Origin: Laetmonice hystrix
Taxonomy: Eukaryota
NCBI GenBank assembly: GCA_965235115.1
Contig: OZ249436.1
Location: 34,288,001-34,352,000, forward strand
Direction: 5' to 3'
DNA: 64,000 bases
Position 1 is the first letter of the stretch. Every line of letters starts with the position of its first letter. Below the pieces are notes generated by a model, which was given only the letters and a program-made list of their open reading frames with translations, made no database searches and was not told the DNA's origin. A program made the position numbers and the translations under genes. Below are positions 54,980 through 64,000 of the stretch, piece by piece.

Positions 54980-57900
54980 GTACTTTAATCCCTTCTCTTC
55001 TTTAACTGCTATAATATTTACCTATATATACTTAATAACCAAGTCCATATTAGCGCAAATCCCGATTTAAGCAAGTCCCTGGATATATATAGGTTGTTCA
55101 GTATTAAGCAATGTATAACATTAAGGGTTACGGCAGTGTTATTTCCACATCAGTATCTAGTTAAAGGGTGAACAGGCCCTGACAAATTGCCAGACGATGT
55201 TACTCGAAGCGTTCCTAACTAGGTCAGCCTATAAGGGCAAATCCTCACGTCTCCACATACCGTTCAGCTTTCCTGGTAGTTTGACTCTTGGCAGAACTTT
55301 AGGCACAGTGGCGTGCTGTGAGTGGGGGAGGTGCACTGAAGGGCACCAGTTGAAGGCGGCAGACAGTGTTAGCACTCTCGCCGACAGCCAAGTGATTCAT
55401 TTAATTAATATATTATATAACTCATCAGCAGGGTAATTACTGATGTGATTCCACCCATTCAACTCTTTATATTTCCATATTATGTGTTAATATGTAATTT
55501 ATTATGTGGTCATATCTTTTGTACTAATATTTGTTGGGTGCAAATAAGGAACTTTCCGTGCTTCTCACCAAAATTCTTTTTCCCCTCTTTTTTCTTTGGG
55601 GAGGGGGTCAATATCCGTTACACTTACAAGTAGCACTGGTTCCATGATATTGAACATATCCTTCATAACTTCCTTAGATTTGTACATTTTCACATTTAAT
55701 TAGACCTTTTGAGACCTTATAATTATACTGTAGATTTACTGCTCGATGGCAACCATGAAATGAAGTACATGAGCATTGAAAAAGATAGCACTATTATATA
55801 TCTGTGTGTATAATGACGAACTATGTAACCAAGAGAAGTTCCTGTGCAGTCATCTTGGTGTTTCCTCAGGCCCCTCTATATCACAAAGAAATCTATTAAC
55901 ACCAAAATGATATTATAATAAATGGTAATATTTATCTTGACTTATTTATCTCGACATCTCATTGCTGTGAGAACAATGCACTCATAACAATACGTCATGA
56001 ACATAATTTCTATCTTTATGCGACTATTTTCATTCTGATACCAGTCCGGACACAGCAACAAGATTGAATAGCACCTTGCTTCCGATGTGTTACTTTCTTT
56101 GTGTATCATGTCACATAAAACGATTAAACTTCGGAAATGTCAGTATTTCGCAACTGTATCCGAATGAGGAAGTAAAAGGAAAAATATCATTCGTGTACTT
56201 ATACATACTGCAAAGATGGTATATATAGTGTGTTTAGATGGAAGGTGATGGTGCTGCAGTTATCTCTCTCCTGACCATCACAGAAAGACAGACATGTCAT
56301 GGCCGATCACCATTCTGTCACGGATTAGACGATGGCTGATAACCACAGCCTTTCACTCACTGAGCGGATTTGTAAGGGCGGGAGTCAACCCCGCTGGTGA
56401 TCCAGCCGACCCGGGTGGACCTTTGATGTGGTCAGTCCATTCTCACGGTGTCTGCTTGAAGAGGATGGCCAGAAGTGGTTGGGGGTTGGGGTGCTTTTTG
56501 AGATATTGTCTGTCGCCTGCTAATAGCTGCCATTGTGTGGTCACCGTCAGATGACCCGACCAGGCTCAAGGGTGAAATAACGTATCCACTAGTTCAGAGC
56601 CATCAAAAGACGGATTACCGGCAGGAGAGAAAGGAAGGACTATCTAGGTGTACGTTGACAACATCTTTGTGGTGCTATATGCTGATAATTACGGTACATT
56701 GTATCATCTCATGCGGTAGACTGACCATCAACACAGTTCCCGCGCGCACCTGATGCCCACAACAACAAAAAAACCCTCCGAGCCCTGCGACCCTCCACCC
56801 CCTTCTGTACCCTGCGGGGTTATATCGGCGGTCATTTTCTGAAAAGTTGTTTTTCTTCATCATAAATTGTCTCAGCGTTTTCTTGTGCTGGGGGAAGGTG
56901 AGAGAGAGGGAGAGAGGGGCAGAGCCTGGGAAAATTGCTGGGGGACATCTGTTTTTACATGCTAACAAAGGGTGGAGTTGTTTGCAGGAAATGGCAGGTT
57001 AAGCCGAATGGTCAGTCGGTGACACCAAATGATGAATGGGCGGCGCGGTGGCTTTGTGTAACACTGGGTCAGGGTGTGGTAAGGGCGACCTTCTCTTGCC
57101 ATGGTGTGCAGCACGGACACAAAGCCACCATCCCCGACCCCCCGACCCCAACCCCTCAACCGTCCCCGGCTCATCTTGCACGGCGTCGGTTTGGTTCGGA
57201 CGAGGGCGCGGGGTTAGCGCCTCCAAGTATATATGCACCGCCCGCAGACTGACCGCTTACATCTGAAGCAAAGATAGTAATTATATAATTTTAGGTGACC
57301 GGCGTTTGTACTTGAATTACGCCGCCACCGGACCGTCCCCCCGACCCCCGACCCCGGCCGTTTTTTTCAACCGTCAGGGTCCGTGTCCAGTCACGGGCGA
57401 CTCCTGTGCTGAACTTTTGGCCGGGGTAGCCAAGGGTCGGGAGGTTGCCGACCAAGCTGACACCAAGGTGACGTATTGAGGTCCTTGGTGCAGTGATTTT
57501 CCCAGCGGCCATCTCTCGGTGTCTGTAATGTATATACAATATGTCATCACCATAAAGCAAGAAAAAAAAAGAGAGAAAAAAGTCTGAACATCTAACTTGT
57601 ATGCACACTGATGTTACGTCCTGCGTACAACTTGGGAATTTGATGGCTCTTCGTGTATGGCAAGACGTCTTCGTATATATTTGATTCTTTAAGATATTCT
57701 GTTCTTGATATTAAGTTATTTATTTTGAGGGTGGTTAGAATGGGGCTGAAGAGTCTAAGACAAGGTTCCTTTGAAGTCACATCATCAATGTATGACAGTC
57801 AATGTTATGTTTTGTTAGGTGCTATGATCGAGGAGGTATATACAACCTTGATTGAACGGGGATCCCTGCGTTTCTACGCTTCATGTAGGATTGTATACTT

Positions 57901-58644
57901 TTCCACAAAACGCAATAATTCTTCACCTAAATCTTTCTCTCTCCCCCTCTCTCCTCTCTCTCTCATAGCTTTTCCTACAAAAACATATTCCTTCATGTTA
58001 TCACAGCCATCTTTTCGAATGCCCTTTCTTACACGTATATGATTGGCGAACTGAAATGGATGTCTGATGACAATTCCGATATCTAATGGCAAGGAAAAAT
58101 GGCACAATTCCAGAGAAACTCGACATGGGGTTGTAACGTCTGGCAGGGAACACGGTAATATCGCAACAACCTAATCTCCTAACGATCCATGCATGCACTC
58201 TGTGAGTAATCAGACATCTGCTATGGACATTATCATGTAATAACTATACATTGGTGCAAAGGTCACCAATGAATTTGCACTGTACTGTGGGGGAAGACGA
58301 CTTTGATCATGTCATGTGGTTAGAATGTTGTCTATATCTCCTGGCAGAGAACGTAGGGTGAACGGTGCGGACACATGACCGGCGTGTCACGGGAAAGTTG
58401 TCGTCATGCACTATTGCTGATCATAATCGGATGCTTGTATTTAACATGATACATTGTTATACGTGCATCGCCGCTGGTATAACTGTTCTGCTGTAGAAAA
58501 TTCTGATAACTAGGCCTACCTTGAATTAATTTGAAGTTTGAATACGTGAAAATATTTAAGAATGCATGCAAAAAAGGGAGAAATATAAGAAGCTAAGTAA
58601 AGAAAAAGAAAGATATACATAAATAAATAGGTACAGGCCATTAG

Positions 58645-58723
58645 GAGGAGAAGGAGAAGAAGAAGAAGAAGAAGAAGAAGAAGAAGAAGAAAAAGAAGAA
58701 GAAGAAGAAGAAGAAAAAGAAGA
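58645..58723. repeat. (GAA)n trinucleotide microsatellite
   Basis: Read directly. Confidence 0.95.
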
Positions 58724-60844
58724 CGAATTTTAAGAAAATAAAGGAGAAAAATAATGACAAAACGTGTAAAGTAGGCCTAGATTGAAAATAATTGCATGTG
58801 CAATAATTTCCTAATATATCATTACGACCCTGCCTATACCACTGCACAATTTATCATTTCAGAAAGTATGCAGACACCCTGTTTTCTCAGCTTTCTGTAA
58901 AGTTCAAACCCCACTTCAATGGAGGCCCTGGCCATCTGGCCTAAGTAGGCCTAAGTCTACTCTCCTAAGAGGCTAACTTGTTCTAAAATAATAGTCCTGT
59001 TGCTGAAAGAGATCCACCTTTCCTCCAAAACGACTCACTTCTCGAAATAATGACCAGGAGCATGCCTTTTATACATTCATGGTCACATCTTCGTATAGGC
59101 CTATACTTGTAGCTTACAGCTAGGTCTTTATGTCTGCATGGTGCATACACATGCATGGATGTATGATCGTTTTAGACAATTATGCCCCCCTTCCTTCTGA
59201 TTATGATTTTTGACTTGGCAGTAGGTTGGCGTGATTTTCGAAGGTGTTGATAGTGGGGCTTCCAGTATAATAGGGGTTGCTGAAATATCTTTATCTATCC
59301 AAAATACATGACATGGATATAGTGTGCACATATATTAAGCCAGAGTATGCTTGGCTCATAATTATACATATAGGCCCCAGTATTTCCTTCAAGTCAGCTA
59401 CGCATCGCAACCTCGATTCGTAGCTGACTTACTGACACAGAATGCCGCTTACAACGTCTGTGACCTACTCCAGTTCATGTTTCTACGGCAAGGGCAAAAA
59501 AAAAAAAAAAAAAAAATGGCGCGTATAGGGAGAGCTGGCCAACGTGCCTGGGGTCGAACGGCCGTAGTTCCGCCATGCTAAATAACATTCATTGCCATGA
59601 TAGCAAACGATTGATGTCACCCCTGGCCGAGTGTGTTCCAGTTACACCACTCACTACGACTATATACACACACATACCAGACTGTAGCAAATATACCCTG
59701 AAGACACCTTCTTGAGATAAAAAAAAAGAGGGGCAATGCTTCAATTCCCGCCTCTCATCTCTGCCTTTGACTCAAGCAGAGAATTAGTCTTCCCTTATAC
59801 ACGATCAGCTTATCATGGACTGATTTAATATGAACCTTTCTGCGGAACGGGGGGTGGGGAAGGGTGGAATGGTTTCAGCCGGTGTGTTCGCTTGGCAGAT
59901 GAGAAAGTCAAGAACGCCAAATCACCACCACTATTACCACCACAACAGCACCACCGCTACTACGATACTACTCCAGCACCAGCACCACCAGCACCACCAC
60001 CACCCCGCCAGCACATGATGTGATGGTTGATATGCAGGCTAGCAGCAGACGTGATAATTTGCATATGAATGATGACGTAGAGGTCCATTACGGCCTCTGA
60101 TTGGATAACGGTTTGTGGGCGAGAAGCGGCCGGCTGGGGTCGGGAGGCAGCGAGACCTGGCGAGCAGAGACGCAGGCTAAAGGTCAGTAGGCCGGTGGCC
60201 GGGCCGCGGCCTGGGGAGAGGATCTCCCCTTGGCCGTAACCCTTGCGTGTGCGCTCCTATTTGGTAACCAAAATCTACCGTAGGAGCGCTCACAAAGCTT
60301 CATTCCTTTTTTCCTCTCTCTCCGCTACAGACGTTTCGCAGGCAGACATGTTCATGGCGGTGTTCCTTTTGGCGTTTGCAGGCATTGTTTACATGCGGTT
60401 AGACCTCTTCTTGTCGTCTGGGGTGCTTTATAATCGGAAGGTGCTGCACGTGCTGTTTCTACCGTTGTTTGACCTGTTGTTGGGGCTTTGTGCTGGCTTT
60501 CTTGGCACGTGTCTCGCGGGTAATTGTGGATCAGGAGTTGACCACAGAGGCTTTGTGTTTCGTCGGTTTCGTACAAAGGACGCATTCGTTGTTCCAAGAC
60601 CGATATCGAATTGGTAATTAGCGGTTCAGTTCTAATGGCGATCACACGCCGGGCTGGCTCGTCCGATGGCCCGCACGCACATCCCCGACACGAGCCGATC
60701 ATGTGGCGAGGATGGCCGTCTCAAGCGGCTAGAGTTACTGGGCGTTATCTTGAAGCAGGCAATTCAGTACTGCGGGATAAGTCGTAACTTAGCAGGCAGC
60801 CAGCCATGGCGACAACAAGACAATGCTAGCGGTTGTGTGTGTTT

Positions 60845-60970
60845 TCTCTCTGTCTCTCTGCCTATCTCTCGCGCTCTCTCTCTTTCTCTGTCTCTCTCGC
60901 CGTCTCTCTCTCTCTGTCTCTCTCCACGTCTCTCTGTCTGTCTCTGTCTCTCTCTATTTCTCTCTCTTTC
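60845..60970. repeat. (CT)n/(CTGT)n microsatellite
   Basis: Read directly. Confidence 0.9.
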
Positions 60971-61446
60971 CTCCAGAATATATAGCTTCACAGTTCGCAC
61001 AGAATTTCCACAGAGGTAGGACAGGTCTAACTTTTCCTGCTTCAACTTTTGGATCGAAATACCGTGATATCTGTGAGATCAGATCTACCCCTAGGTGTCG
61101 TTCGGTTTAGGCGGTTAGCAAGACAAAGAAAACCCATAGCAAATTCTTCTCGAGTCAAGCACAGCTTCCTCTTCCTCTCAAACTAGGACGCCCTGGAAAT
61201 ACTGAGTTTGCATCTCACCATTCCATTGGCAGAATTTCACTGGTAATGGAAAACAGGTCGCCCCCCAGTGAGCCATGGGGTGAAGTAAGTGGAAGTAATA
61301 GGGCGACACAATATGTTTCCCCTCCGTTAAATTATCACGGCAGGGTATAGTGGTTGCTAATACTGGCACCGTGAAGAACTATTTGGGAGGAGAGAAATAC
61401 CTATAAGATGCTGTAATTGTATACGTTTCATGCAATCTTACAACTT

Positions 61447-61527
61447 GAGAGAGGAGAGAGAGATAGAGAGAGAGAGAGGAGAGAAAAAGGCAGACAGACA
61501 GACAGACAGACAGACAGAGACAGAGAC
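61447..61527. repeat. (GA)n/(GACA)n microsatellite
   Basis: Read directly. Confidence 0.9.
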
Positions 61528-64000
61528 CGATATTTGGATGGCGTGAAGGTAGCAACCCTGTAGACATGCATTAATTACTTCATCTTTGAGACAAAGAAGG
61601 CATTCAGATGAAGCAATATACAATAAAAAATTATAAGAGCCCAGCGTATGACACAGAAATGACAACATGTAATGGTATAGTGATGACAGAAAAGATCAGA
61701 TAATAATATTGGGCATGCCTAATATTTGACAGAATATATTAATTGTCAGTACCTATATAGTCTCTCAGAATGCATAGACCTTTCCTTAGACTAGCCCCTG
61801 AAGGATTTTTTTTCTATTCTGACAGTTTAATATCATACTCCGTTTTTCTATCATGTTCTCTCATATTGACACATATCCGTCATGCGTGTTTGACATATAC
61901 ATGGCAGTTTTCATTAAATATCTTTTTAAAAGAATAGAGTGTAAACCGACACATCATGTAGAACAATACCAGGTCAAAAAGGTGAGGTCTAACAACTTCC
62001 GTGTAAGGAAGCAGGGCAGACACAGGGAAGTAACAGATTTATTTACACATCCCCAGTTTGGACATTGCGTCATCATTCGTCACAACATGGATGTTCTCCA
62101 TCAAAGTGGGATGTTGTCCATCAAGGGGAAAGTCGAGCAATCTATCCTCATCCTATATACAGGCTGTCGGTCTGAGCCTTTTAATGGGGATTAATGGTCA
62201 GTCAATGGACAAAGGTTGGCTGTGTGACCTGTCCATCTCCTGATCGACACTCATATCATCCCGTTGTTAACGCCACGTAAACAATGTTTTATGTCACATA
62301 CAGAATTCTTTATTGTCGAGCAGAAGAGTGCATGGTTGTACATGTACATACTTTCCATGTATTTTCTCATAATATATCCTTAAATAGGCTTACCAAAGTG
62401 TTTCAAAGTGGTTTCTATATATTATATGTCAGTTTAAAGACCCATCATGCAAGGTTATTATATCTTCTATACGGATGCGATGACTGGTATACCTAGAGGT
62501 CTTTTGACCAACAGTTCTATTATTCGGTTGGGTAGGTGGGTGGGTGGGTGGGTGGGGGGGGTTCCTCTACACATCAACACATAATGCACGTACAGTATAT
62601 TTCCATATATAATGTGGTAAGAATATATACAGGTGTAAGCCATGTATACATACGCGCAGTGTCAAGGTTATAGCCATAATTATCTGACGACACCATGGAG
62701 TTTTTACATTCGTTTTGAGGACCTTTTGAACTATATGTCACATGCGTCAGTTGTGAAGTTGACCTTAGACAGAGGCCATTGTTTTGATGTCTGACACTGG
62801 TATGCGTAACGATACCACCCACATATAACACTGTATTACGAGCTACATTAGGACGAACGCTGCGGGACTTGGTTTGGTTTGACGTCATTAGGATCTCACC
62901 ACTATATGAGGACCTTAGGGATCGTACGGACGCGGGGATCGTGTTACTTTTCTTAATAATATTATAATAAAAATTATAATAAAAAACATCTCCATTTCTT
63001 TATTGCTCATTATAGACTTTCACAATAGACTCACGTATGTACACGTGTACTAGGTCTGAATTACATGAAGCGAAACGTTAGAGGAGTCTTCCACAACAGA
63101 ACGTAGATTTAACAATAACATTACACCACTTTATTACAAATCCCGATTATGCGATCCAGATAATGTCAAATGAAAGCGTTGTAATAGACTCCTCTAATTG
63201 GAAGCTATATGCAATCTATTTAACAGCTCTAGGAGTGAAACACCTACCAGGGGTCCTATAACATTCACCTGACCTTTGACTTGACCTCGTCACTCTGCAT
63301 AATGAGCCCCAGAGTCGGGAACCAGAGCCTCCGACCTGATCCCACCTGTATAAACACGTTCGTGTGGACAGAGGTAATATAATCACGGCCAAGCCTAAAG
63401 ATCGAGTTATAGCACTCACATTGGTTTTCTGCTTGTCATATATTAGAATGTCTCTCGCTGGAGAAAAGCAAACGGGCGTATATTTTGAGAAAACTGGCGC
63501 ACGTGTTAAGAAAACGAAGGCGTACTTTTGAAGGAAAAAGAGAATATTGACGCGGAGAGATTGTGTATAATTATGTTGTGTGTTCCTGCTGCACTTCTTA
63601 ACACCGTTCTCTCCGTGTAGAAATGTGTTGGCTTTCTACATGTCTGTTCACATTATATTAGGGGTTCATGACGGGTTGAAAGTATATACGGGCATAAATA
63701 AATGCGGTTTGTCAAGTTAGTTTTTCTAAAAGATATATCGCAGAATAAAACAAAAAAACGTAATTTCCAAGGAATTTCGAGAAAACCACCATGCCTCGTT
63801 GTCTTCGTCCTTAAATGTCATCTTTGGATATCGCAGTATCCTATATTATAGGCCTAATATTGCATATAGAAATAATGTGTGTTTTTTTTCAATTGTTTAT
63901 TCCTTTATACAGGGAAAGTTGTGAGTACTTCAGGGACTCCTGTAAAGGGAGTGTATAGGATTATGGAGATGGTCTCTTTGAGATGGGGTTATGTATACAT

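Noticed and set aside
57999..58020. miR-2/miR-13-like 5' sequence TATCACAGCCAT
   Set aside because: The similarity is limited to about 12 nt, and there is no convincing complementary arm for a pre-miRNA hairpin.
29288..58075. Hammerhead ribozyme cores (CTGATGA hits near 29288 and 58064)
   Set aside because: By eye, there is no properly spaced GAAA with flanking stems.
60243..60617. Hydrophobic 124-aa ORF (membrane protein?)
   Set aside because: T-rich composition explains the hydrophobicity; there is no recognisable family or exon structure.

Overview
Eukaryotic (invertebrate, probably lophotrochozoan-like) genomic window. I can support only one protein-coding gene in it: a COUP-TF/seven-up (NR2F) orphan nuclear receptor on the + strand. 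It has three coding exons (20617-21052, 22288-22815, 31930-32204; 1239 nt, 412 aa) joined by two phase-1 GT-AG introns. The rest is a gene-desert-like non-coding landscape of scattered CpG/GC-rich islands, microsatellites, two structured minisatellites and one short non-autonomous DNA element with a 5-bp target-site duplication. The most interesting signals are: (i) several in-frame routes to alternative receptor isoforms, including a protein-like open frame at the end of intron 1 that could give a DBD-less or hinge-extended receptor, a tandem donor, and exon-2 read-through into a hydrophobic tail; (ii) recurrent RGGTCA direct-repeat or overlapping sites that suggest autoregulation; (iii) a compact CArG/ETS/X-box-like promoter followed by four uORFs; (iv) an orphan 3'-terminal-exon-like block about 11 kb downstream; and (v) strong enrichment of the palindrome TAGGCCTA. 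No prokaryotic-type system (such as CRISPR) is supported. All regulatory and isoform claims are inferences from reading the sequence by eye.
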